A DNA stretch of 64,000 nucleotides from Botryllus schlosseri (GCA_051294905.1 CM119372.1:29204001-29268000); one strand, 5' to 3'; positions 13,330 to 25,457 are shown, counted from the first letter of the stretch. A program made the numbers and translations. The notes: generated by a model not told the origin, from the sequence alone.

Positions 13330-14990
13330 ATGATAAATTACCAAGCATAAATTTTATTGAAAGTAAGCCGCAGTGACGAAGTGTTACATATAAACGGAGA
13401 AATACGCAGAAGCGTTGCGACGATAATGGCCCAATGCGTTTATATGCCCAAAAAGTGTGTCTGTACGCAGAATAAAGTGTTATGAAGTGTTCAATACGAC
13501 CTTGGGGATTTAGAGTGTAAGTGTGAAGACAGCGAGATGGTGATCGTGTGAATAAATTAATCTGAAACGCAGTGGAGTGAAAGTTTACCCAGCCTGTCTG
13601 GCAATCCTACTTCAAATCGCGATATGACAAAGTAGGTTGAAATATTCCGATTCAACTCATCGCATTGCAACTCGATCGTGTTATTGCAAGCGGTTGTCAA
13701 GCTGGAAATGTTTACAACAATGGGCGATATTTCATTGATTGATTCTATTGTGTGTAGTAACACATTAAAATATCGCGATAGTAATTACTGAAACTCTCTT
13801 TGACAAACGTAAAGACAGGTCGCGAATAGAGTTGTAATGTTTCATTACTTGTTTCAAATCAATGTGCGTATAATCTCGAAATGTGACTGGGTGAAAGTTG
13901 GTAGTCATGTTTGTCAAACATATTTCAATTCACACAATGTCAAGTCCAAATATTTCATTCTGGATTATTTGGATTTACCTTTAGTACATCTCGCGAATGG
14001 ATTCCGACGCCGTACTATAACATTCTTAATAATACGGGTTCGAGGATTTTCATGATAGAGTTGACAAGTGATAAGATGTGTGTTTTTGTTAAGGGTTTGA
14101 TTTCAAGTTGATAAAGACAATAACTGTATAATGCGCGTACTTGTGATTCTTGATTCTTGTAGAGTTATAGTTGGTATTGATTCTATAGACGTGAAAACAG
14201 CAGCGCGGAATGCGCGAATAATCCGATGCGGCCGAATGTTAGCGTCAGTAATATTCAGGTTACGTTTGATTCGATAGATCGTGTTAAAAGGATTTCTCAA
14301 AGGATTTGAGTTGTGTCGAATCAACACATTCAAATACGAATCAACTTGATTTGTGTATAGTGAGTTTCATTTCAAGTTGACAAATTGACACATTGATTGA
14401 ATATTCTCATGATTTGTATCACGCAACTAAAGTCAACCACTCTTCCGAAGTGTCAAAACATATAGCGATCGCGTGCAAGTGCCAAATTGTTGGTTTTCGA
14501 ATCACAGTCTGCGCCGGTTTTGTTATTCATTACTTATTACTTGATAGTAAAATCCATCGACATATTAAACTGTAGCGATTGGGATGTAAGTAATGGCAAG
14601 ACGTGAAAAATGGCTATGTCTTAGGTGTTATCTTGTGGGCGATCGTAGGATTTTACAAATATTTCACACCTTTTTTTGAAGTGTTAGTATGTGAACGCGG
14701 CTATTGTTGGTATTTGAATCACCGTCTACGCCGGCTCTGCGGTAAACTAATTACTAAAGTAACACCATGCGACTGATTCCTAGATTTAGCAAACTATATC
14801 GAACTGACTGGATTAGTGTAATAATCGATACGATAGTAGCACAAAACAGCTGCACGGGCAACAATTCAGCGCGCGGGTCATTCGAAATATAGGTCGCACG
14901 CGCTGCGTAATCCTCTTGCACAACAAGCCACGTTTCCGCCTGCGCGGTTATTGTTGGTGACTCGTACATATTCAACAGCACGCGAGAGAT
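13330..14990 (-). mobile_element. Heavily decayed non-LTR retrotransposon ORF2 (CR1/L2-like endonuclease and RT N-terminus)
   Basis: Colinear relic motifs on the minus strand: AQAETWL (the EEP 'ETWL' motif), then QTVIRKPT and a DH-like segment, then LQCDELNRNISTYFVISRFEVGLPDRLGK, which resembles the RT-proximal 'ELxxPLxxIFNxSLxxGxxPxxWK' motif. Many stops. Confidence 0.45.
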
Positions 14991-15314
14991 GTCTATACCA
15001 ACAACGTTAGCATGCGACCGATCCCTATCTCCGTAACGCTATCATGCCACCGAGAGGGACCGAAACACCACTTCATCACCCTATAACTAGAACGTTAGCA
15101 TGTCGCCGCCCGCGGTCTATACCCGAAAGTACGAATCATCGACGCGTCCATAAGAATATCGATATATCATTCTCGTACTCACCGTATACGTTGGGATTAA
15201 CTCGAATCCGTCATACATAATAATTTTGAATATACACATTAACTAAGAGTCAATCACGTGACTATTTACTTGATACATATTCAACACCGTACGAGAGATG
15301 CCTATACCCGAAAG

Positions 15315-15607
15315 GGCGATTCACGACCGCGCCGATAAGAACACATGGCGAGTCACCACAGATCCCGTAAGAATACATGACAGGCGAATCACCGCCACCG
15401 CCTATAGCAAAAAAGGCGAGTCACGACCACGAGTTTTCACGGCGAATCACGACCGCGGCCTATATCTGAAAAGGCGAATCACGACCGCACCCATAAGAAC
15501 ACATGGCGCATCACCGCCGAGAGGGGGGTCTACAAAGGCGCATCACCACCACGAGTTTCCAGGCGCGTCACCGCCGCACCCATAAGAACCCCAGGCAAAT
15601 CACGAGA
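15315..15607. repeat. GC-rich variant-unit minisatellite (~10 units of about 25-36 bp)
   Basis: Core GGCG(A/C)(A/G)TCAC(G/C)(A/G)CC recurs with a few alternating tails (ataagaacacat, cgagtttt/cca, cta..aaa). Confidence 0.8.
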
Positions 15608-15623
15608 GATCTATACTACTACT

Positions 15624-16886
15624 GACTGACGCGGGAGCACGCCCGCTACACTTTGCGATCCCCCAAAGCATTGTATGACGAAAATACGGTAAATTATTCT
15701 ACTGGTAATAGAGTATTTATTTTGTTATTACGTCTACTTGCATATCATCAACAAATGTTTGTTGAGCGATGACTACACGAAAAAGAGTATGAGCAGGAAA
15801 ACAGAACTTTTAAAACAAAAAGGGAAGAAGAGTTTGCATTCAGTGATAATATTGTAGGTAAGCCAATGTGGCTCATCTATCAAGATTCGCTCAATAAATA
15901 CAAATCTAGTAACTTGAGCTGTGACTCTTGTAAGAATCTGCATCCAAGGTGCATGGCCACCGATTTATGAGCTGACGTGTTTTCGAAGCTGAGAAAGATA
16001 ACTCGCTTTTGGACCCGATTAGTACGGCAAAGGACAAGATATTACTGGATGAACTCGATATATACTGGATATACTTGATACTGGATATACTGGATAGCTG
16101 GATATACGACGTAACAATTCAGGAACTATCCGATGAACAATGGCGACGGCCTTGGAGAAGTACAACGCTGACGATACCGACGCAAAAAGAAATTATACGC
16201 AGGTATCATAAGCAACAGTAACGGAAAGAGCAGAGAATACAACAGTACAGAAAATAACACAATCAGGAAACACCGATGTTCAACCATACCAGACCAAATA
16301 CCTTCTATATAAAGAGAAATGAGGGCATTCAGGTCGGTACAATAATTGAAGAATTGCAACACAACAGCATCACAAGTGAATACTACAAACACATTATGGC
16401 AGGCTTATATGAGCTGAGGAAAGGAACATGGATTATGAATTTGATCACAGAAACCAATGGAAAGAACTTGAGGGATGAATTGTACCACCAGATGAAAAAA
16501 GACACTTATGAAGCAAAATTCCGCAATATAACTTTTGAACTCCCAAGACGTCCAACGACACACCTCATTGTTAAAGGAATACCATACGAATCTGAAGAGG
16601 AGGATATAGCCGATCAATTGACTGAATATGGTCTCGGGACGGCTATCAACCAGACCAGAGTCTTAAGAAGGAACACGAACTGGTACAATGAGTTCACTAA
16701 CATCTGGGTGGAAGAATTCGGAAAGAAAACATGCCCTACCATATAAAAGTTGATGGGTATTGATGCCTTATCAGAACAGCTAAAGACGCTTATCAGAAGC
16801 AATGTTACAACTGCAATCTGACGGGGCATATATTGTAAGGGAATGCCTGAGTGAAAAAATGGTAGCAGGATGTGCAAATAACTAGG
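15624..16886 (+). repeat. 1.26-kb composite dispersed repeat, copy 1 (hAT fragment plus LINE 5' end)
   Basis: Near-identical to 49645-50907 at a constant offset of 34021. Confidence 0.95.
15770..15917 (+). mobile_element. hAT (GTF2IRD2/EPM2AIP1-like, Buster group) transposase N-terminal fragment
   Basis: Encodes EYEQENRTFKTKREEEFAFSDNIVGKPMWLIYQDSLNKYKSSNL. The same sequence lies inverted at ~20070-20245, where it continues CLICQDSLNKYKSSNLKHETKH. Confidence 0.7.
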
Positions 16887-17200
16887 TCATCGTGCAGAAG
16901 AATGCTGGTCCAAACTTCGACGAAACAAATTCGGGCATATGAGCGAACCTGAAAATGCTGAAATAGCCAACAATGAAACAGTAAATACGGTTGAACCGAA
17001 AGCAACCCGGAATGACGACATGAAGAGGAATGAAACAAGGCAGACGAGCCAGGCAATTATCAAAACATACTCCTCAACTGACGCCGCATTCGAAAATGCA
17101 GACACAACACAAGATGAAACCGAGCCAGTGCAAGCCGTGTTTGAAAGCTACAATATTGCCAAAAAAACACTGACGGCTCAAAAGCCAGCATAGGGATAGC
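15918..17200 (+). mobile_element. 5' part of an L1/Tx1-clade LINE: 5'UTR and disrupted ORF1 (RRM-like domain plus CCHC knuckles)
   Basis: ORF 16276-16746 contains THLIVKGIPYESEEEDIADQLTEYG. Out-of-frame CYNCNLTGHI..EC and a second C..C...GH.AEEC knuckle follow at ~16803-16906. A second copy includes ORF 50297-50767. Confidence 0.7.
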
Positions 17201-18809
17201 TATGTATAGCACTTTCCGGGACAAGTGTCTCTCCAACCAAAAAAAAAACTGTGCAAAAGACAGTATACCATAACATGACACTTTATGTCACTAAATCCGG
17301 AAATTCGCTTGTATCAGCAGTTACTTTCGTACTTTTTAGGTTCATTTGCATAAAAAAATCCATGAAAATCAAGTGCGTGTAGTATGAGCTACTGAATAGG
17401 CATTTTTTAATGTGCTCTCCCGAATAAGTATCATCTTTTTTAATGGAAGTTGCATTTTTGTAATAGTGATTGCTGTATTTTGTGTACTTTCAACTCCTAC
17501 ACTCGAATATAATTGCAGTTACTCACCGTAGTGACATTATCCACTTAATTTTGTATTTTCATGCTGATTTTGAATGGGCTGAGTTTCATGAAACCAATAT
17601 CTTCCGATAATCCAAGGTAATATATAGTGGTTAATATCGTGTCTGTGTTCTCAGCCACGACAGGGAGTGCCTAAATAAGTGAGGGCAGAGAAGTTAGGAT
17701 GCCGGGAGGCTCTTTTAACCATCCGTTTTACGTTCTGAAGCATTGTTAATAAAAACGGTTTTTATAGGTTTTATTTGCATACCCGATTTACCTCGCGTTT
17801 AGACGCGTCGACACAAAAACGGACTTTCTACTATCCTGCTTGGCAGGTTTGTAATGACTCGAGTCATGACTCGACTCGAGTCACGATTTTCTGATGACTC
17901 GACTTGACTCGAGTCATTTTCTCAAAATACGGATATGACTCGATTCGACTCGAGTCAATATGTGTATTGACTCGAATTGGACTCGAGTCATTGCGACTAA
18001 CTCGAACCAAGTCATATGACTCGAGACTCAGACGGCCAAAACCGATATTTATTGTAATTCTAAAGAATAGTAGAGTAACCGCCTTATTGGGATTTCGTCT
18101 ATTGGTACTGGCAGTTGAAAATGGGACCAGAAATTATTAAAAGTGAGGGGAATTAGTATTTTATAAATGCGAACCATTCGATATCACCAAACGGAGTTAT
18201 AACAGTTGGTTTAACAAGACTTTAATTGGAAACTGAGCAGTCAACACAATGACTTGGACTAGGACTCGAGTCATTATCCCATGACTCGGACTAGAACCTC
18301 TGCTCAATGACTTGGACTCGGATTTGACTCGGTGGCGAATAGAAAATGACTCGACTTGACTCGAGTCAAAACTATAAAAGTGAGATTGACTTGTGACTCG
18401 CAGCCTTGTAACTTGGTTTCAACCCTGCTTCAATAGAAACCAAATAAAAACGAATTTGTTTACATCTCTGGTCTTTTCTGTGTTTGCTGGGTTTCAACAC
18501 GCTACAACAGATACTATATATATATACCTAAGCTATTTAGTACCCGAGTACTTGTCATCAGTATACTGCCAGATACTTATAGCGAGCGGGTTTCGATGCT
18601 GAGGTACTTGTATAATGTACATTTTGGAGAGATCAATTAAAGCTATGATGTCGGTGAAATCCAATAAATTGAGGTAGAAGTAGCTATTCCGACAAAAGCT
18701 TAGTATTCTAGGTCTATTTCTGTTCAATACTGAAACTGTGATGAAGTTGAAGCAGTCCAATATCATAAACACTTGAGTATTAGGTACATGTATACAAAAA
18801 CCTACTTGA

Positions 18810-19280
18810 GTACTCTAAAGAATCTGATGTAAAAGTGTTCGGCAGTTTGTAAAATTGGTATATACTCTACAAAATCCATAGTGTATAGTCTTCAGTACAT
18901 CAGAAAAAAGTAGTTTTCTATCTACTTTACAAAATTCATTGTAAAAGTGTTCAGCGCTTCAATAAAATCAGTATTTATTTTACAAAATCCATAGTGTAAA
19001 AGTCTTTAATGAACTGGAAAAGTATAGTTTTCTTTTTACTTCATAAAATCCGATGTAAAAGTGTTTGGCGGTTTGTATAATTATTAGTCTATGCTGTATA
19101 AAATCCATAGTGTAAATTCTGTAGTACACCGGAAAAGAGTAGTTTTCTATCTAATTTAGGAAATTCGACGTCAAAGTGTTTGATGCTTTAACAAAATTAG
19201 TTTTCATTTTACAAAATCCATAGTTTAGTATTTAATAGATTGGAAAAAGTAGTTTTCTATGTACTCTACAGAATCTGAGT
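18810..19280. repeat. Tandem repeat, ~114-bp period, about 4 copies
   Basis: aaaatccatagt recurs at about 18871, 18984, 19100 and 19213, with an internal ~57-bp sub-repeat (agttttcta..ac..aaaat). Confidence 0.8.
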
Positions 19281-19488
19281 ATTTGTCGCAATTGTACTAC
19301 CACATACTTTTACCCAGAGGGCTTAGATAACGAGGTAGTTACAAAATGTACATTTTGAAAAACTCAAGCAAAGCTGCGACATCTGAAAAATGTTTTAAAT
19401 TAGGGTAGAAGTACCTATTTCCGAGTAAGTTTCAGGAAGTCTCGATACGCTATATTTGAGTTTATAAAATATTAATCCCCGTAAAACG

Positions 19489-19571
19489 CACTGGGTGTGG
19501 GGTTCGTACCCACGCGGACACTCGCCCGTTGGAACTTAAGTCCAACGCCTTAACTTCCCGGCCAACTCAGT
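19489..19571 (-). tRNA. tRNA-Leu(UAA), degenerate, probably a pseudogene
   Basis: Minus strand ACTGAGTTGGCCGGGAAGTTAAGGCGTTGGACTTAAGTTCCAACGGGCGAGTGTCCGCGTGGGTACGAACCCCACACCCAGTG. It has a TTGGA/TCCAA anticodon stem around CTTAAGT, a long variable arm and TTTT just downstream. Defects: T-loop GTACG instead of GTTCG, altered D-loop GG, an A-C mismatch in the acceptor stem and a G discriminator. Confidence 0.8.
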
Positions 19572-19645
19572 TCCATCATGAAAGTCTAATATTTCATATC
19601 CTCTTACACCATATGACTCAACATCATCTCGACTCTGAGATGAAT

Positions 19646-19832
19646 AAATATAGCGTATCGGGACTTCGTGAATTTTTCGACCAGTTTCCCTTTTCTTTAC
19701 AAGATTCAGTCAAGGAGTTTAGTAGAAGTGTAAGAGAAGTAGTAGTTTTGTAGAAGTTTTGTAGTAGTAAGAGAAGTAGATAGAAAAGGAAAACTAGTCA
19801 AAAAATTCACGAAGTCCCGATACGCTTTATTT
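19646..19832. mobile_element. Small foldback MITE with ~50-bp imperfect inverted arms
   Basis: aaatatagcgtatcgggacttcgtgaattttt... pairs with ...aaaaattcacgaagtcccgatacgctttattt. A third arm copy is at ~19436-19462. Confidence 0.75.
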
Positions 19833-19899
19833 GAGTTTAAAAAAAAAATCGAATGAAGTTTATTATTGTGTGAAGATATGGTACGTCCCCCACCTGGGC

Positions 19900-20245
19900 T
19901 GCAAAGTGTTTGAAATCAGACTGATATGACGTCAAATCAGTGTAGAGCGGTTCCTTCAATTGCTGCTGAACATTTATGGAAGATTTCAGCCCGATAACCT
20001 TATCACTCCGTAAACCTGTCTTTCTTGAGTAACCCGTGGCAAAGATTTGGTGTTTGGTTTCGTGTTTCAAGTTACTAGATTTGTATTTATTGAGCGAATC
20101 TTGACAGATAAGGCACATTATTGGCTTACCTACAATATTATCACTGAAGGTACACTCTTCTTCCCCTTCTGTTTTAAAAGTTCTGTTTTCCTGCTCATAC
20201 TCTTTTTCTTGTAATTATCGCTCAACAAACATTTGTTGATGATAT
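19900..20245 (-). mobile_element. hAT transposase N-terminal zinc-finger fragment (GTF2IRD2-like)
   Basis: ORF 20118-19837 begins MCLICQDSLNKYKSSNLKHETKH, matching the CLIC...K..NL.RH..TKH signature. Confidence 0.7.
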
Positions 20246-20361
20246 ACATTGTATTTATCGACCCACAAAACCAACTATTTCACTCACAACATATCCCAAA
20301 CATCCTAACCTCCCATCCCATCCCACCTATACCTATCCCAATCTTCTTTGAGGAATGACCA

Positions 20362-20601
20362 CTACCGAAAGTGATTTTCTGGTATAGCGACTGAGATATT
20401 GATCGCGTTGAATATGACAAAGTGATCGCTTCCTAGTAAATGGTCTGTGACCGTGGTTTCTATTTCAAGTGCGATATCTTTTGATGCAATGGATAGGTCT
20501 AACAGAGATGTGGCACCGAAATACGACGCGATGTTGATGCGAGTTCCTGCCGTGACGTTGGTAATGACCAAATCATTGCTGTCGATCACTTCTTACGAGA
20601 T
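20362..20601 (-). mobile_element. Non-LTR retrotransposon apurinic-type (EEP) endonuclease fragment, split by the LTR element
   Basis: ORF 20589-20362 contains TR..., SLLDLSIAS and LGSDHFVI, the canonical C-terminal endonuclease motifs. The upstream VNCHS ('FNAHS'-like) segment lies beyond the insertion at ~24441-24495. Confidence 0.8.
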
Positions 20602-21202
20602 TGTATCGTTCCGCTCCCTGATGATGTTGATTACTGCACTGATCATTAATCATGCTGTTATTTGTTTCTGTTTGCGAACCGATGTTGTGCCCGTCGGCTT
20701 TTAGTCGCCTTTTAGTCACCGTCGGAGGTGCATTTTAGCAAAGTGACTCGAGTCAAGTCAAGTCATACGAAAAAGGTGACTCGAGTCTGACTCGAGTCAA
20801 GTCATGACTCGAGTCATCCCAACACTGGTAATCACTACCGTGTCACGCTGGTAGAGTCCTTGAATCCGTAGTTGAATCGTTGACTTTGTCTATTATATCC
20901 TAGAGCTTTTACCAACCAGGGGGGCCCTTGTAGCGTTCTGCTCCCTGATGATGTTGATTGCACTGCACTGATCATTAATCAGGCTGCTATTTGTTTCTGT
21001 TTGCGAACCTATGTTGTGCCAGTCGGCTTTTAGTCGCCTTTTAGTGACCGTCGGAGGTGCAGTCGCTCTTTAGTCTCCGTCGGACGAACATGGTCGTATT
21101 TTAGTTGCTTTTAATAAAAGATTCACGCTAACGTGTCAACGTTATCTATACTGAGCCGCGGACCAAGAAGAACGCGCGCCCACGACAGAGCACGCTATAT
21201 TT

Positions 21203-21220
21203 TGGTGACCCCGACGTGAT
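21203..21220 (+). promoter_or_regulatory. Primer-binding site complementary to the 3' end of tRNA-Trp
   Basis: TGGTGACCCCGACGTGAT, 3 nt after the LTR end, is the reverse complement of the metazoan tRNA-Trp 3' end ATCACGTCGGGGTCA-CCA. Confidence 0.9.
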
Positions 21221-23111
21221 TCTAGCAATGCAGCGCGGTAGACTGGGCTACTGTAATGCCACAAGATTGACCAGGATCAACGATGGAAAGCCATGAACTC
21301 ACGATATGCGAAAACGAGATATGCACTGGCTACATAGCTACATAGGAATCGTTAGTTTGTTTTCATGAATGAGGGATTTCAACGACATAGAATTCGGACC
21401 TTTCCACACGTACTTGCTTTGGTACGACGCTTCGACCCGAAGCCACTCAATATCTGCGTCCGTTTACCGCTGACAGTTCGTCCATTCTAGACCCCAGAAC
21501 AACTCTAATCTGCATGCTGAAGACTTCGCCAAGTACAACTTCTTTCATCGATTGCAGACTTGCATGTTTGCAGCACGACGACGACATGACCGAGCCTTAG
21601 CACAGCGACCACATAGAAAGGCAGCTATAACTGCTGTCTCACTGCGCATTCCAAATGTAGAACGACAGATGAGCCGAACGAATCTCCTACACAACCGACG
21701 GAACCATTATTCATGATGGGACCATGAACCGAACCGAATCGAATCACCTCGACATCGACAGAAACGGCGGGAAATGAGCTTAAACGCAGATCCCCCCTTC
21801 ACTTAATCTTGTCGAGCGACGACTTGCCCAAGGCATATTCCGAATGAAAACGCTCTTCGTCTAGTATGTGGCAGACGCTTTCGACGTTCTGTTCTACATT
21901 ACCCGCTCACGCATTCGAGAATCTACTAGGCTTCTCATGGGCCTAAACGACACGACTTGCGAAATATTTAGTACAACGGAGCTAATTCGTCCAGCGATGT
22001 CAACGTGCTATGCCAATAACGTTCGAAGTTCAATCGAAATGCCGAGATTCCGGTAACCCATTGCTAGTGTACTTGTCGAACAATTCCGCTCCGTTATGTT
22101 GATAAACGTTCTGCTAGCAATAGCTGCATATTCATTTATTTGTTCCATGTTCATTGACCGTTTTTCAGTTTACTCTAATCAATTCTTATCGTTGTCTTGC
22201 GCAATCAGCCGCGACTAGACGGTTACATATCCCAAAACTGTTGTAAGGTTGATCATCACGCGATATGATAGTACTAAAACTTCGACTTATGTTAGCGAAT
22301 TATGAATTTATTTACGACCAAAAAGCTTTCGCAACCCATACCTACTTGCGTACCATACAGGCTTAGACAACGCTTGTAGTCGCGCAATTCTAAAAATATC
22401 TCGCTCAACCGTTACTCGATCAACTATACTTTTTCGCCATCGAAGGTCTGTAATGTGCATGGCACTTGAATGTGTTGCCTCGCCATTTAGTGAATCCCTC
22501 TTCTAGTTTATTCACTATTGACTCCGATGGTATCGGGTAGTTAGTAAATCCAAACGCCCTTTCTCTGGGTTGCGCAGATTCCAGATAACTTAAATTCGAA
22601 TTCAAAATCACACTTCGAATTAAAAATCACACGTCCCAAACGATTATACAATTACGCACACGTGTTTTTGAAATGATAATCACACCGTACATCACTCGAT
22701 CCAGTTTATTTTGTCCACATCAAGTTTTGATCCGCACTGAAATGTTTTTCACAATTCGAACGAATAACTGTCCGCATGACGCCTCAACCGATTGACTTTG
22801 TTAATATGCCAGTGGCCGTATTATTCGCACCCTACGATTTTGTGTTATCAGCAGTATTTGAAATGTATATTTAGTGTGATACTCGTTCACTTTTCCGTCA
22901 TCACTTATGTTAGTTTCGCCGCAGGCTTATTCACCTCTTTGTATGTCATATAAAGCGTCTACCTACCGGACCTTTCACATTGGTAATTGCATATTTATCG
23001 CTAAACGAATAATTGTGTCGTTTACAGCTTGCCACCACACCCACCGCGCTTTCGTTAGTCGTTAGAACATTAGAATTGAACTCGCATTCGAATCTTAGTC
23101 TGTGTAATCAC

Positions 23112-24065
23112 CAGTGTTGGGATCAAGTCACTACCTTCGAGTCACGAGTCATTTCGAGTCATTGCACATTTTGACTCGAGTCAAGTCAAGTCAATCCATT
23201 TTCGAAGGTAACTCGAGTCAAGTCAAGTCACTCGATTTTTGGAGGTGACTCGAGTCAAGTCGAGTCAAGTCAAGTCAAGTCACGAGTCAAGTCAGAATTC
23301 AAGTCAAGTTGCCTTTTCGAGGCATCATGAGGCATGATTACGTCACTGCATTTTGCCAGCTGTCTGAAATACAGATTGAGTGGTCATTGATTTTGGAGCA
23401 ATGAACGAATATAGAGTTAAATATACATGCAAGGAGGCGCTGTTTCGCTCACATACGTAGAACTGCTAAACTACGCAAGTAATTGCATAGCCTCAGTTTA
23501 CATAGTTACCAGAGAATAGAGAAACGAATTGATAATGGGCAATACATCAACCATTTATAAATTGATATGATACAATTCGACCCTGCGCCAATGATTGAGG
23601 ACTATAAACTATATTCGAATTCAATTTCAAGAAAACAAAGAGGTTTGGTTAAGGTAAGAATAGAGATATACATTTTGCTATTAAATTACTATACTATACT
23701 AGTTTACGACAACGTAAGCTTCGATCACTTCGTTTGAGCTCGATTTATTTGTGAGAGAACAATGGAGGCTCAGTAAAACGCACGATCATTGAATGATTGG
23801 TCGCTCTCACGGGTTACACCAGCGTTTCGCGTACAATCCGACCATGTGCAAGATACAATGATTTTTAATGACACCGATTACTTTATGACTTGAAATTGAC
23901 TCGTGAATTTTGCTCCGAGTCACGAGTCAATCCACATATCCGATACACCGAGTCAAGTCAAGTCAAGTCATTTTAGCAAAGTGACTCGAGTCAAGTCAAG
24001 TCATACGAAAAAGGTGACTCGAGTCTGACTCGAGTCAAGTCATGACTCGAGTCATCCCAACACTG
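23112..24065. mobile_element. hAT MITE, CAGTGTTGGGAT family with (GAGTC/AAGTC)n subterminal arrays
   Basis: TIR CAGTGTTGGGAT...ATCCCAACACTG with a perfect TSD GTAATCAC. Its right end is duplicated at ~20731-20827. Confidence 0.93.
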
Positions 24066-25457
24066 GTAATCACTACCGTGTCACGCTGGTAGAGTCCTTG
24101 AATCCGTAGTTGAATCGTTGACTTTGTCTATTATATCCTAGAGCTTTTACCAACCAGGGGGGCCCTTGTAGCGTTCTGCTCCCTGATGATGTTGATTGCA
24201 CTGCACTGATCATTAATCAGGCTGCTATTTGTTTCTGTTTGCGAACCTATGTTGTGCCAGTCGGCTTTTAGTCGCCTTTTAGTGACCGTCGGAGGTGCAG
24301 TCGCTCTTTAGTCTCCGTCGGACGAACATGGTCGTATTTTAGTTGCTTTTAATAAAAGACTCGCGCTAACGTGTCAACGTTATCTATACTGAGCCGCGGA
24401 CCAAGAAGAACGCGCGCCCACGGCAGAGCACGCTATAAGATCACGATGAGGCGTCCTCTCTCGACGGCGCACATCGCACGAATGGCAATTGACATGACTT
24501 GCTGGTCGAGTCATGCGTAGTGACTCGACTACAAGTCGAGTCAATACAAACATTGCCTCAATTCGTGTCGAATCATGGTCCAGATGTATGACAATGACTG
24601 GAGTCAAATTATGGGAAAAGACGTATCTATGATGTCGTCGTCAGAGAACAACATTGTCACAGAGTGAAATTAAAAGGTTTTGGTCGAAACAACATCAAAT
24701 TAGCTTTAATTTGATGTGTAACTGGGATTGTTATCTTTGTGGTTGCTAAAAGGCACGTACTTTTCAAATTTTCCATACTGTTGTGACGCCATCATAAGTG
24801 ATACTCGAATTATCAAGTCGACTCGAAGCCGAATACTCGAGCCAGAACAGAACTACACATACGGACTCGATTTTGGCCAGCCTTACTACCGGCATCCGAT
24901 TGTTTCTGCCTTTCTAGCCATTCTCTCTTTGTGCTCCCATTGCGCATTAAGCTTCGAATGTGTTGGTAATGCGATAAAAACCAATTACCTTCTATGATGC
25001 ATTCAGCAATCAACCTTTATCAATGACCCGATATTTTAGCTGCGGCTTACATTAATAGGCCAGATGCTTAGAGGAATTGCTATCATCTATCAACAATCTG
25101 TTGGCTATAGAATTGCACGTTTTACCACAGTGAATTGCTTGGCTTCCATCCCAAACTGAACATGCGATCATAACATATTACCCATAACTCGGACATACGA
25201 TATCGCTGAATGACATATCATTGCCCGTTTGTATATCACATTTATTTCGGTATGCCAGAACTCATAAATAATGAAACCAAAGTATCACATTCACCATTCG
25301 AATAACATTACAACAAATACTATGCATTTTCTGAGGACGACGTCTACTGTAAAATATGGAGAGGTCTAGTAAAGACGAAATACGACATCGGAGTATATAG
25401 TAGTAACATTCAAACTTTGTAATTTCTAGCTGTATCCCATTGCAGCCTTCGACTTTT

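Larger units (their letters stand above)
20602..24437 (+). mobile_element. Three-LTR non-autonomous Gypsy-like LTR retrotransposon
   Basis: Truncated LTR 20602-~20732 and full 271-bp LTRs at 20929-21199 and 24167-24437 (TGTAGCGT...ACGCTATA, with AATAAA inside). A PPT-like AGGGGGG precedes both full LTRs, and the PBS follows 21199. A 4-bp TSD AGAT lies at 20598-20601 and 24438-24441. The interior has no intact ORF. Confidence 0.9.

Noticed and set aside
15315..15607. Repeat-spacer look reminiscent of a CRISPR array
   Set aside because: The core is short and degenerate, the 'spacers' recur and are only about 10-20 nt, there are no cas genes, and the context is eukaryotic.
17904..18140. Recurrent 'MTRVIF..DSTRLES' ORFs (also 5721, 7727, 27818, 28315, 37529, 40769, 45641 and 57999)
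   Set aside because: These are chance translations of GACTCGAGTC-rich MITE arrays, not a protein family.
24886..24970. Hydrophobic stretch IVSAFLAILSLCSHCALSFECV resembling a signal-peptide exon
   Set aside because: It has no ATG or acceptor, directly abuts a MITE end, and I found no downstream partner exon.
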